Assembly (NCBI RefSeq): GCF_026571515.1 | Contig: NW_026856228.1 | Coordinates: 124,001-188,000, forward strand | Direction: 5' to 3' | Source: Ruditapes philippinarum | Taxonomy: Eukaryota | DNA: 64,000 bases | Shown here: in pieces, positions 38,644 to 52,311 of the stretch | Numbering within the stretch: position 1 is the first letter of the stretch | Layout of the letters: every line of letters begins with the position of its first letter | Notes under the pieces: model-generated | Told to the model about the DNA's origin: nothing | What the model saw: only the letters and a program-made list of their open reading frames with translations | The model's database searches: none | Made by a program: the position numbers and the translations under genes

Positions 38644-40515
38644 CGAGATATAGTCAAAAAGTTCCTGGACTGGTCTGTTTAAAAAGATTATTGACGTCCG
38701 ATTGTCATGAAATTTACCATGAAGGTATTTTAAACTAATTTGAGTAGCAACATGTATGAAAAACATTTAGTAAATATTTGGAAATTATTTTTCAATTGAA
38801 ACACGCCCGCAACCCGTGTACGGAGCATTTCAGAATTAATTTGATTTTTCTAGAAGTGAATACTACTCTTTCATGAATGTCTCAAAAAACTGGCGCCAGA
38901 ACGTCGTGATTTTTGTACGTGACGTCAGCTGAACGTTACTAGTAAACAACTGCAAAACTTCAGCGTGACCGGATGACGTATCGCCATTTTGAGCACGATT
39001 ATTCAAGCCAAGTGAAAATTTCTATACGAAAAAATGTCAACCTCAGAAAAACGTACGGAGCAGCGGGCAGTAATAAAATTCTGTGCGATGTCTGGCATGA
39101 CTCCGACTGATACCTTGAAGTTTTTGAATCAGAAGGAGGGTGTTCATAATTGTTCTAGGACACTTGTGTTTGACTGGCACAAGCGTTTTAGGGTCAGACG
39201 GAAATTACCGATAGTGCATGAAGCGGAAGACGGGGTAACGATCAGCGCTCAATCCAAGATGTAAAGGACGTCATCGCCAAAGATCGGTAAAAGTCGATTG
39301 ATGATATCGCAGACACCGTCGGGCTTTGTCATGGAACTGTACATTAGATAGTGACGAAGGATTTAAACATGAATAAGGTATGCGCCCGCTGGGTACCTAG
39401 GTTACTTACAGATGAAAACAAAGCAACCCGTGTAGACGCTTCCCGAGAATTTTTACGGCGATATGATAGAGACGGCGAACGATTCCTAAGGCGCATTATC
39501 ACTACGGATGAGACGTGGGTGAACTTTTACGACCCGGAGAGTAAACGAGAGTCGATGGTGTGGAAGCGACCTTCATCACCTCCCCCCAAGAAGGCAAAAA
39601 CCTGCAAGTCGGCGAATAAAGTTATGTATATTTTCTTCATGGATAGCTTAGGGTATGCTGTTGCAACATGCGGTGCCAAGATCGCCGACAGTCAACAAAG
39701 AGTACTATCAAAAGGTAAGCATTGATTATGTCGTATGAAATGTTTTTACAACATTTCTATGTTTATTTATATGTAAGGTGAAAAGTATATAAAATATAAC
39801 AAAAAGTGAAAGAAACTATTATTTTTATAATTTGCCGCATTTGTGGTAGTTACAAATAAAATGAATTTGTTATTAACAGGTTGTGCGGAGGGATCTAACG
39901 AACGCTATCAGGAAAAAGCGAGCAGGGTGCGACATCGAAAATTTATTTTTTCATCAAGATAACAATCCAGCACAGCTCAGACGAGACACTCCTTACTATT
40001 GACTTCATAGGATATGAGCGGCTACGTCATCTCTCTTATAGCCCCGATCTCGCCCCCTTAGAATTTTGTGTTTTCTCTAGACTGAAAGCAGATTTGAGGG
40101 GTCGGAGGTTTGATACAGAAGATGAGATCAAATATGCTGTGAGGTCCGCAATAAGAAGTTACACTCCAGAGTGATATGCAGACATTTACCGGAAGTGGGT
40201 ACAGCGGCACATAAAGTGTATTGAACACAATGGGGACTATTTTGAAAAGCATGAACGTGATGGTAAGTTGTTTCTGGAATATGAACGTCACCTGAACGTC
40301 GTTAGCGTCGTCGACGTCGCCGAAGTGCTCCGTACGTGACATAGTGTGTAACTTTAACGGGGTGTTAAATATGTGTAACATTTATGAAAATCATTGACTC
40401 TTATATATTCATGCAGCGATTTCTCTAAATTTTAATGTGATATATGTCATTATAAAAACATACACAAAATAACAAAGTTATCGTAAGAGTCCGGGAACCT
40501 TTTGACTATACCTCG
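38644..40515 (+). mobile_element. Mariner (DD34D-type) transposon with an intron-containing, inactivated transposase
   Basis: TA TSD; 28-29-bp TIR CGAG(A/G)TATAGTCAAAAAG(G)TTCC(T/C)GGACT. MSTSEKRTEQRAVIKFC, WVPRLLT, TTDETWV, FHQDN, YSPDLAP and GDYFEK are present. GT-AG intron at 39715-39879. Confidence 0.93.
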
Positions 40516-42670
40516 TAAATAACTATATTATGAAGGTATAAGGATGCCTTATCGACAGATAGCAAAGATGACCGTTTTTTAATCCCTCTTATTTTACAAA
40601 TACCTGTTTCAGCTAACCACTTTTTTCATATGCTTTTTTTTGGTTTTGTATCTTTTCATTTCAAAACTATAGTTACTTTTTATCACATTTATGCTTTTGA
40701 GTGGATAACTGATTTATCCGTGAAAATTATTTTTGGTAATAGTAAAAAATTATCAAAATGTAATTGTCAGGGATTGTTAGAAAAAAGCAAAGCTGAAATT
40801 GAACAATAACTTAAATATCAAAAGTAATAAAAAGAATTCATTCAAATTATGGAACACCAAATATTTTCTCGTCTATAAATTTTTGTTTCATTTTATAGTT
40901 TGAAAAACACATTTCCTTCCACATGCCATGCACAACTGCTCTTGTTGACATTGGGCATATTTAAGTATCCTACGACCAATAACTGCCAAATGCAATGTAA
41001 AAGGCAGTGACAGTCACCAGCCCGAAGACCTAGCGTCGTAAGACAGCCTTTCAACAAGTCCATGTTTTCCAATATCCTAGTCTCTTATTGAATGTTTACA
41101 CACATCTATCACCAATTATTAATTGTCTTTAACAATCCTCAAATAATTTTGCTTTGTTGCCAACAGATGTTTGACTAACAAATCCAAACGAAATCCCTCT
41201 GAATCAAACACATTTTTTTCTCTCGTGAAAAACACAACTTTTAAAATGGCGACCGCCCGAATACACAAAACCTTGTCAAATATAAACTTCCGGCAAAAAT
41301 AACGAAAATAAGGTCGGATGGTGTGAAATTTTCTTCTGCTGGAATTATTTGGTTTTTTTTGTATTCATAAACAAGCTATAAATTATAATTTTAAATAAAA
41401 TAAATGATTATTATTATCATAAACATTTAACGTTATTTTTTGAATATATTTTTTAGCTCAAAACTTCATGTTTTTATGAGAAATTCGTCTGAAATTGAGG
41501 GAAAACTGATTTTTATATTCAAATTAATATTGAGGAAATTTCGTTTAAAATGGTATTTTGAAGCATAGAATAAAAAGATAATTAGTTTGTTTATTGTGTT
41601 AGATGTTATTATTTTTTTCTCGTGAACTTAAATACTATCTTAAATGTTCCCCCGATGGAAAAAACAACCAAACAAAAAACAAATATCCTCTTTATCTTTC
41701 ACACGTTGTACAATGAAGCAATTTAGACAGTTAGATTGTTTCAAAAATAATTTAAAAGAAACACGAAAAACAAAAAATAAAAAATCCAGACGCGCGCGCA
41801 CGAACTCACTTAGTAATAAATAAATTAAATGTAATAACATCATCTGTTTTATAATTTCCCAAATTAAAATAATTTTTGAATTGTTTGAACTGTTTCCCTA
41901 GCAGACAGCTTTAGTCTAAATGATCTTTAATCAATTTTAATATTTGTTTTTTCTTTACTTTTCATGTCTAGATGAGAATTCAGAAAAACATCTTTATTAA
42001 CAATTCTATAATTAAATTTAAATTTAAAGATATTTAAAAAATTTTAATCATTTTTAAATGCTTTTGGTCTTACAAAATTTTTGATTAAAATGTAAATTTT
42101 GACGGGTTTCGCTCCATAAAATCGGATAAGATTCAAAACGGGTACAAAAATAATTTTTTGAAATGTGACACATTGTTTTTTTTGGCCCTTTTTTTAAATG
42201 CCAAAACCTAATTTAATAAAAAAAAATAGAAAGAAAATGTTTGGAAAAGTACTAAAGACAATTCGAAAATGTTATTCTTTTTCTTTTGCGTTTTTTTTGG
42301 AAATTTAAATTCATTATTTTGATTTTTAATTTTTTTGATTTTTTCATTTTTCCACCAGACGGAAATTTTTTAAAAAAATTTGTTTTTTCGCTATATTAGG
42401 GAAAAAGTGAAAACAGCGTTTATAGCAGTTTATTATTTCTTATATGTTCTTAGAAACTGTCATGTGAAATTTTTATGAAGAGTTTCGGTAGTGAAATTTT
42501 TCATAATATTTGGGAGCAAGGATTGTCCGGTGTTTATTATATCGTCACCATCTTTGTCGTATTGAAATCCGTTTCCATATTTTAGTGCGTGTTTAGTATT
42601 TACGAAAATGTGCCGTATGAATACATCTGCGGATGTTTCTAAATTAAAAATTTCAACCCTTCAAACTTTA

Positions 42671-42871
42671 CAGGTGGCGAGAAACCTTAGGCACCCCTAT
42701 GTGCATTAATACAGGCAATAATGGGATTCTAAGTACAGACACCGACGTTCCAGTAAGCTAGGTGGATAGCTTAATCACATGACAGAATCCAAAATCCCTG
42801 ATAGCATTCGAATCGACAGTGGTAAGGGACAAGTGGTTTGAAGTCAACGACGTTAAACGTCACGGACGCTC
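42671..42871 (-). mobile_element. Degenerate V-SINE, 3'-truncated
   Basis: The reverse complement follows the head and V-domain of the 35464 copy. Confidence 0.7.
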
Positions 42872-43660
42872 AGTTACTTTGCAGTGGTTTTGTTAATTTT
42901 CAATAATTTTAATGCGGCATACTCGTATTCATACATCTCTAAAACACCAAAATGCTTGAAATATAAAATAATGTATTAGTTTGAAAGCAATAAAACAAGT
43001 AAAATACTAACTAATGAGTTACATTTTACTATTTCCATTTACTCTTTCAAGAGCAATTATAACTTTCTAATGATTTAACGTTTAACATATCTATCTATCC
43101 AAGCATTTTAAGATGTTATTCAAAAAGAAGCAACACATTGATAATCCGATATTATAAGCTATATAAAATGTGTTTCTTCCGTTAGAACATTTTGTAGTGT
43201 TGCCGATGTTTCTGATGCTTTTATCAGTAGTAATACCAAAAAATCATTGGAAACAATATACAATGAGAGATGATAGAATGTACATGAACTATGCAAGTGT
43301 AAGTGCAATATGTACGTTTCGACAGGATACAACTTGTCCGGTCTAATTCCTTGAACCAAACGTGTTTTTATTTAAAGTAATGCATCCTAGTGAAACAATA
43401 AGCAGTATGGAAGATTATGTATTAAATATACAAACTAAGTTTATTCAACGTTTGTTTTCATCCCCACCCCCTAAAGTGCTCTCCGTTTCGAATGTTTTTT
43501 TGTTTTGTCAGAAAACTTACTATGATTGAGTTTATAAAAGCTTGGATATAGTTTCAAGCAGCGGTACATTGCCTTTTTGTAATTGAACACCTTGTTTGAT
43601 TCAACATCGTTGTTCAAAAGTCCAATAAAATACAGCAAATCACTGTATAATAAGCTTATG

Positions 43661-46600
43661 TCAACAAACCCAAGCTTTGTAGTTAAATATGCTGTTTTTA
43701 AATTTATCTCTAGCAATCACCTCTATTTTCTTATCCTGTGCAACAGTAAAATGGTTCTTCCAGTCCCCGATTATGCCTGTAACAAATGATAAAATTATAT
43801 TTATATAAAGCATTGAATCATTTACAGACTTCTCAGGAAAATAGAAATTTGTTAATTTCAAGTCTTCAATAGCCATGCAAAGATAACAAAACTACAGAAA
43901 GTCTGGTTTTAATTACCTTTTCTATAAAGAATTGATTTTCCTGATTCATCAATTAGCACTGTTTTAATTTTTCCATTTTCTACATCAGCTCTAAGATTGC
44001 CTAGCGAACATTTATCTAAAACGGTTTGAAGTCTTTCGTCAGAATGGCTGAGTCCAAGGTAAGTCTGAATTCGACGTAACTGATTTAAACTATCCTAGAT
44101 GGAAGAAATACATACAAATTTAGTGTTCATTGTGAAATGGGAAGACATTTTAGTATCATTTTGTTGTTACAAGAAATTAGTTATTTTTTATTGTTTCTTA
44201 AGAAAATAAAAAAAAAAACCCAATGCTGAGATGAGTAACTGCCTACCTTCAGAAGGTAATAAACGATATAAAACTGTAAACGTAAAATTGAAATTACTAT
44301 AATGTCAGATATAATAGAGAGAAATAAAGAAAGCAACTATAGAATACACAGATACGAACACATATGACTAATAACAATATATTTCTGAAAATAAAGAATC
44401 GTCATCATTTCCTTCATCAACAAAATATAATTAGAAAATAAAAACAAACCATTTTCAAGTCTTCATACTGGACAATAAGTACATCAAGATCTGGCTTCTC
44501 TTCTAAATACTTTTGCCACTTGTTGTAATAGTCAAAGAAAGAACCCATCAACACTGAAATTGAGAACAAGTGCATTATTGCTGAATCAATTTAGAAGGAT
44601 AGACACGGAGAAAGGTTTGAGATTTGTTACCTTTCTTTGAAATAAACAACATGATTAATTCAAGGTGAGATAAAATCATATTTATTTTATGCTCTTAAAC
44701 ACTCGAGCCAGTGTGTTGAATTGCACACAATTATGATTAAGTTTCACAGACTTTAAATGAAATATCACTTTATTTACAATATTTCGTGCACTGACTTTGT
44801 ATATGCTATGATTCTACGTGAAAATGAATTTCGGATAAACATTTTAATAAGTTCTTCTTAATTAATTACATTTGTCTTAAATCATCATTTAAAACTGTTT
44901 ACTTTTTCCATCAACCCAGTAATCAATGTAACTATTCCATGATAGTTTAAATTCACCCAGCATTTTGAATCTTATTAATTGATGATACATCGAAACGGCT
45001 GCATCTTTGGGATTACGGAACACCAGAACTGTTTTCCCGCCCTTTTCAAAATGTTCGATTGGTAGACTTTTGGGCGGGAAATGTGATGTCACAATTCGTC
45101 TGCCTTCTCGCTGTTGCACTGTATCCATATCAAAGAGATCTATAAGACAGGGCGGATGTGAAACAAGATCATCCAGTGGTCCATCATACATTAAATAATG
45201 TAACAAGTTTGCTGTCCAGTGGGTACCTTAAACGGAGAAAAAGGTTTCAATAAACAGATTGATGTGCAAAGATAAACCTTTATCCCTCAAGATTCGAGAT
45301 TTTTTAATAAAATGCATCATGAATCTATCTGATCAGTAAGAAACAAATGCAGCATTAAGCTTGTAAAAATCAATTTAAACTAGAGCTATCAATAAATGTG
45401 ATTAATACCCAAGCAAGACTGCTTCGGAAATGAGGAAGTAACTAGTAACAGAATAACTCGTAAAAATGAAATAGAGTTATGGTTGTGGGCAATTAAAGAT
45501 AGTTATGGTTCTTGTACGTTGCTTTCCTTTCACTGTGGTTGACCAATGATGAAACTTTATTGAAGAACTCTGTAATAAGTCCATATACAGTTACGGTTCT
45601 TAAGCACTGCACTCTTTCTCATTACGCTTGACCATTGTATCAACTCTTGATGAATTTCAAACATTTGTCTTTAAGTTAAGCACCGGACAAGATAAAGGAA
45701 CAAAGGGCAATGACTACTTAATAAGTCCAAATAGAGTAATGGTTCTTTTGCATTGAACTTCAATGCTCCCCTTGGGGCTTGATCATTTTATGAAATTTTA
45801 AGAAATACACTCCCTTTAAAATGCGGGTTTTTTATCAATATTTCTTGACTATTTAAAACTTTTTTTTGAATTTCCAAAACCCGTGATTTTTATGGGTTGG
45901 TCTTGCGACAAGGAAAAAGTTTTAAAAAGGGGAATCACCTATTAATTACTCTGCACTGCAGTTCTTCTTATTGTGCTTGACCATTGTATGAAGTTGTTTT
46001 GAATTCCAACCATTACTTTTCAAGTTATCCCCCGAACAATTGAAAATATCAAAAGGCAATAACTCTCGATTACTCAAAATGGAGTTATGGTTCTTCGGCA
46101 TTGCACTTTCTCTCAATGTGCTTGAACATTGAATGAATTTTTATTGAATTCCAAATAAAATGGTTTTCAAAATTATTCTCCGGACAAGAAAAAAAAAATC
46201 AAAAAATAAAAAAGGGGAAAAAACTTTTTTAAATTAAATTTAGGAAAAAAATATGGTTTTTGTCACTTCCCCCTTATTGGGCTTAAACCCAAAAAGAAAA
46301 TTATTTTTGAATTTTCCAAAAAAGAAGTTTTTAAAAATTTTGCCTGGACAAAGGAAAAGTTAAAAAAGGGCAATCACTTTTGTAAATTAAATTTAAAAAT
46401 GAAAGGTTTTTTGTTCTTGTGCACTTGTACTTCCCCCCAATGTCTTGACTTTAAAGAAGTTTTAATGAATTCCAAAAATTTTTGTCTTTTTTAAAATAGG
46501 GTCCGGACAAGGGAAAAAAGCAAAAAAAACACTGGAAAATAATTTTTAGCCGGAGTCTGAAAGCAAAAAGGAAACTTATTTTCTAAAGGGACTGAAGGTA

Positions 46601-49600
46601 TCTTTGCATAAAACTGTGGATGACATACAGTATAAGTCTTTGAAGAAGACTACACAATAACTTAATGTAAACGCAACAAATAATGGTTTGGATTTCAAGA
46701 TGGATAACAATTTCTGATTTACGCAATTAATCATAAATAAACACTCACACTGCAGTTAAGTACCAAATAAAGAACTCGTGGGTAATTAACATGTAAAAAC
46801 CTTTTCATTTGTGTATATACAAACATAACAAATACGTCTATAAATAAATATATAGCACATGATCGTGTTGAACAAAACAGATATGGATGTAAATTCAGAG
46901 ACCATTTTAGGAAAAGCTTTTAATGTCATCCTTTCATTTTTCAACAAAATAAGTAAGAAAAGGTCATTACATAATCACATGAAATGAAGTCTTAGTAACG
47001 TACAAAATGACTTAAGGATAAAAAAGAATTAATTACAGGAAAATAACGTTACTTAGTCATACCTGTTTTCGGATAGCTACATAAGAGAACATCGCCATCC
47101 TCATAAGGAAAATTCTTAACGTAAGAAAGCCTTTTTTCTGCTCCAATTTTAAGTTTTTCAAATGGGAAGACAACTTCATCAACAGTTACAGTTTTAAACT
47201 GGTTCCCGTGTTCATCTTCCAGTACTGTCACTACACCATTACACTCGTCTTCATCTTTGACCTAAAACAAGTATTTTCGTTTGCCATTATATGAAGGTAA
47301 AGGAATGAAAAATATATTCATACAGCAAGTTTGAATACATTTAACAATAAAATATATTCAGTTCCAGTAAAAAAGCTGCACATTATTAGGAAAGCAATTT
47401 GATGTTAAATTCACAGTAACCTTAAGTAATCGTCACTGATATGGCAAAACTTGTACAGCTGAATAAAGCTTAATAACAACGCTCTGAGACAGGGGAGTTG
47501 GCCTTGTTCTTTTATTACGGTTAACAACCAACACAATTGACAACCGGCTCTTTTAATTGCTGTATATAATTTCTGCGTGATTCTTTCTTGGCGCTATAAT
47601 TTTTTTTATATTTGTATCTCAACTCGTGTTTGGCAATTCTGACACTACACTCTTCATTCCGCATCGATCGGATCTTTTACTAACGTTCAAGTGTGTGAAG
47701 TAATTGTTATGCTGACACTTATAATGAATTTATGATGTATATTGAAATCGCAGCGTCGTCTGCACAAGAAGGGAGACCTACAGATACACATTCGTCTAGT
47801 CAATTTACTACATATAATATATTCATATAATCAGGATATATTCTCACGCGTATGTCTAAATTGTACGTTTATACGAGATAAAAAGTACACATTAAACTAC
47901 TGTGACCTTTCTAGTTTTAAGTTATATACTTTGATTTTTTATGTCCAGCAGAAGTTTGTAAATTAATACGAATACCTTTTTCACTTTTTTATACAACGAA
48001 AATAACCTTTTAAATTGTCAGTTTGTCATTGTCAATTTTAGATGTAACTTCGTCGCAGCGTGTGTTTTTCTCTTCCAAAGGACGGTCAGTCACCCTTAAT
48101 ATTTGAATATGTCAGTCGATTTGAATCTTTAAACTTTTCTGATCTCATTGCATTATAGCCTTTTAATGTAAAAATGTAAAAAAACAACTGCCTTTTGAAA
48201 ATTGTCGCCATTGTTATTAATCAATATTGATTATTGTTTCTAGATTTCAAATTCGATATTTAATACAGGGTATTTAACAGCATTTTAAAGGTTTTAATTT
48301 TTGAATTTTTTATAAATGGGTTTAAGAGTTTTAATGAAATTGATTATCGAGCTTTTTAAAGTCTTTGGTTTTTAAAACCCTTAAATACTTGTGGGTTAAG
48401 CTTTTAAATTTTACAGTTAAATAAATTTCCCCGGGCCCGGGAACCCGTAATTGGGGTAGGGGGACAGGTTTAGGGGTCATGTGTATGGGGTTTTAATTTT
48501 TTATTTTCCCGTCATTTAATGTTATAACTTTAAATAACAGTTTAATAATTTAAATAATTGTCTCGAAAATTAAATAGTTCATGTAATAATGAAGATAGAA
48601 AAGTTACTGGTATAATAAAAAAGAAGAATTTCAGAATGTTCTTGAAAGAAATCGAACGTCATTAAAACTATAAATAAATCCTGCTTCCCCTTGCTTTTCA
48701 GCATTTGTGATAGATATGAGAAGAAACTCTTTGCACTGTAGGAAAAACGAAAGCTAACGTGACAGGGTAAATTTAAAATTTGATATTGTAATATATAGTA
48801 CGAGGGTTGTCCATAATGGTCGCATAATGCTTCCATGAAATAAAAAAACAAACAATTTTTTAAAGGGATACACAGGCAAAATATTGACAAAAATATAAAA
48901 ATGATCTTGTGTACGGAAATCACATTAAAATGACATTTCTTAAAGTCCCAGCATGAATTTCTGTATAAATTCTATATATTTTGGCTTTGAAGCTTAAATA
49001 TATCTATATATGTTGAACGAAAATTAGACGCCAACAGAATCAGCGAATAGTTTAAAAACAAGTCATGTGATTTGAACAAACCCTGTAAGTTACAATAACA
49101 GGTATTGTGGGTATTGTTTGATTGAAACAAGTCTAAGTCATCCAGTTGACATGTTCTTTAACGTTTCCAGAGTACACAGTGACAACTATTGTGAAATCTT
49201 AGCGCTCTAACCTGACCCACGTAGGTCAAGTTAGGAAATCACCATTTTATTCTTTATATGGAGAAAGGTTTGTTCCTTTGACTGTTCTTGTGTATTCATT
49301 TTGAGGACAGTTACAGAATAATGAATGAAAAATTCAAAACTAAGAAATGAACATTTTGCCCGTGTCTCCCTTTAATGTGTACATACATATATTCAATATA
49401 TTTCCACCTTACATGACATATTTCATAAATTTTATAATAAAGTTTTTTCTGATAAAGTTTTACAAAAAACAAATATTTGAAAATATGCAGAATCGACGTA
49501 GCGGCGCAGGTCACGACGTCATTTGTCATTTGACGTCAACATTAGTGATTATCTGAAAATATTTTTTCAACATGAAGGCTATAATATCATTCGTTCTAGG

Positions 49601-50398
49601 GTTGAACAATCGCTGGGGAACTTAGCGTAATAGATCGATCTGTCTCCCAAGAATGTATGTATATACTCTCAATGCAGAACTTAAACCGACTCTTAATTTG
49701 TTACTTACTGAACACATTTTTGCCCGTCTTTCTCTTTCTTAAGACTCGTAATTATATAATTCTTAACTTAAGTTGCAAGTTCTTTAAAGTTTTTCATTGC
49801 TATTTGTTTAGAAAGTCATGCGTGCTGAAAGGATATATACGTTGATATATGATGTCAACATTCTGAATGCATTACATCAAATACACCCGACAATGATACG
49901 CAAAAAGTCCTCTAAGGTGCCTGTAGTTTACATTGAAAATAATAACTCGTTTTGACGTCGAAAATTGACAAAATTTTGAACTGCGCCGGTTTGAAAAAAA
50001 TCAAAATTTTAGACAGAAATATAAAAATAAAGTTATGAACAATTGTCCGTAGAATTTGGCATGTGGTTAGATAATTCGATACTATATACAAGTTTTCTCA
50101 AAAATGCAAGTTAAGCTATAAACTTTTCACAATCAAACTTTTTGGACAACCATTGTATTTTGCAATATAATTATGCACGAAATAAAATTTGAACAGTTCG
50201 AACACCTAATTCATATAGCTGATTTAAAATGAATTTTCCGCCATAACTTTAATGTCTTTTTTATTGTACAATTAAAAATTAAAGATTATAAATGATAACA
50301 ACTTCATGTCATACATTTGTCATTTCTTTACTTGAACATTTAATAAATAAATGATAAAGAAAATCAAATCATAGTCCTACCTTTTCTGATTGTTCCAT
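43661..50398 (-). CDS. Cytosolic sulfotransferase (SULT1-like), copy A, 312 aa
   Basis: join(50381-50398, 47063-47261, 44903-45226, 44450-44553, 43917-44094, 43661-43776), 939 nt, open frame. 5'-PSB SYPKTGTHW, catalytic His in TSHF, 3'-PB RNPKDAAVSMY, QYEDLK, LYRKGIIGDWKNHFT. The 18-nt first exon (MEQSEK) is the least certain. Confidence 0.93.
45378..46520 (+). repeat. Helentron/pearl-like element carrying about 7-8 tandem ~120-150-bp satellite-like units, in SULT-A intron 2
   Basis: Starts AACTAGAGCT. Recurring AGTTATGGTTCTT...GCACTT...GCTTGACCATTGTATGAAGTT...GAATTCC...CCGGACAAG...AAAGGGCAAT units. Confidence 0.75.
48801..50155. mobile_element. Non-autonomous mariner-type element in SULT-A intron 1
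   Basis: TA|CGAGGGTTGTCCATAA ... TTTTTGGACAACCATTG|TA, imperfect TIRs; no transposase. Confidence 0.55.
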
Positions 50399-50476
50399 GA
50401 AGTGTATTTGAAATTATCCCGACTTAACTGTGCTATTTCATGCGTGTGTTATGATAAAGCCTTGAAATTTCCGCAG

Positions 50477-50484
50477 TTTATATA
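50477..50484 (-). promoter_or_regulatory. Candidate TATA box of SULT-A
   Basis: TATATAAA on the minus strand, about 80 nt upstream of the ATG at 50398. Confidence 0.45.
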
Positions 50485-50616
50485 GCTACGAAATTTTCTG
50501 TTCTACATTTTAACCTTATCTATCTCAACTGTAAACACTCCTCGATATAACATATAATCTATTTATATATCGGCACACAGAATGTGTTTCGTCAGTTTAC
50601 TTAGATTATTGTTTAA

Positions 50617-52311
50617 AGTTGCATGCCCCCAAAAAAGCCAAATTGTTTCAATAAAGTCAAACCTGAGAAAAATGCAAAAGATTTTAAGAAAATGAAAATG
50701 ATACCAGATTTTAATAATAATTTTGCACGTACGAGGGTGCATCAATAAATTTGTAAACTAATTCAATAGCGTCAAAACTACTGGTCCGTTTAAAATGAAA
50801 CTTTAAATGCTGTGAAAACAGATTATTTCAAATTGAATCGTACTATGTACACAACTTTGACGTCATTACTTAATACGTCATAAACCGTAAATGACGTCAC
50901 GTTACTGGTGTCCGTTCGAAAATGGCGTCACACAGCGTCAACGAAAAGCGCATCATTATAAAAGTTTACACAAAACTCGGAAAGTCGTTTTCCGATATTC
51001 GTGAAGATTTGCGAAAAAGTTTACGGAGAAGCTGCTCTGTCTAAAGGTGTCATCTCAAAGTGGATGAAGCGGTTTAAAGACAGTAGAGAGGCAACTGAAG
51101 ACAACAGTCGTACAGGTAGACTAGCAACAGATTGCAGATTGTAGACTGTAACAGATGAAGAAACAGTGGCTGCTTTTCAGGAGTACATACTCCGAGATAG
51201 ACGAGTAAGTGTGGAGCACGTTGGAAAAGTTCGCTATGTCATATGATACAGCTCAGGGCATTATGACTGATAGATTAGGGATGCGCCGTGTTTCAGTAAG
51301 ATAGGTGCCTCGTTTGTTGACGTCGGAGCAGATGGGGATAAGGGTGAAAATGTGTCAGCAGTACGACAGAAGATAATTATCGTGAAGAAGGCGATTACTT
51401 TCTAAGTTGAGTTATATCATATGATGAAATGTGGATTCACTTTTTTTGAACTGGAAAGCTAACGTCTGCGTTCTGTCTGAAAGCATCCTTCCTCGCCTTT
51501 CCCTACAAAAAGCGATTAATTCCAAGTCAGCCGGGAAGGTTATGGCCATTATATTCTGTGATACATACGGTGTAGTGCTAAACCACTTTGTTCCTCCGAA
51601 CACGACAGTCACAAGGAACTATTATGCAACATTACTTAGAACGGAATTCATGGCGGCAATAAGGAGAAAGCGTCCACATCTACTTAGGTTCGGATTTATA
51701 TTACATCACGACAACGCGTTGAGCCATTCAAGCCACGTTGTCATGGATACACTAGAAAAACTCGACGTCGAACTGTTATCGCACCCACCCTACAGCCCGG
51801 ACCTATCAATTTGTGACTTCTGGCTATTTCCAACTTTAAAAAACAGTCTCCTTGTTACGAAATTTGAGTCAAGAGAGGCACAGAGGTGTGCCATGGGGAG
51901 ATGTCACGTGACAGGCTACAACACGTGTTCGAGTCATGTGTTGAGAGATGGGACAAGTTCAAATCGTGCATGGGACGTTACTTTGAGAAGGAGTAATCAT
52001 TTTAGGTATATGAATTAAATCATTTCCCCGCTATTGAATTAGTTTACGAATTTATTGATGCACCCTCGTAATATGCCATTTATGATTGATTTTTTTCAGT
52101 ATTTACAACTATATATCTACTGCGTAATTAACGCAGTACATGTTATTTTCAAATATTTTGACCTTATTTTAGTAATTTTCGCGGACTGTGTGTGCTGTAT
52201 GTACAGGTTGCAATTGATTGCTTCCTTTTAATAACTTCATATATGTTTTTTTCTTTTAAAACAATTTTAGAAATTTCAGGAAAATTAACATAATTCTGGA
52301 GGCGTGCTGTT
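50617..52311. mobile_element. Short Kolobok-like MITE interrupted by the second mariner
   Basis: Left end TTAA|AGTTGCATGCCCCC, right end CTGGAGGCGTGCTGT|TGAA. A related end, TTAA|AGCAGCATGCCTCC, occurs at 19756. Confidence 0.4.
50732..52068 (+). mobile_element. Mariner (DD34D-type) transposon, intronless, inactivated
   Basis: TA TSD; 40-bp TIR CGAGGGTGCATCAATAAATT(T/C)GTAAACTAATTCAATAGCG. Transposase starts at ATG 50922 with VPRLLT, DEMWIH, LHHDNA, HPPYSPDLSICDFWLFP and YFEKE*. Stops and frameshifts present. Confidence 0.93.
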
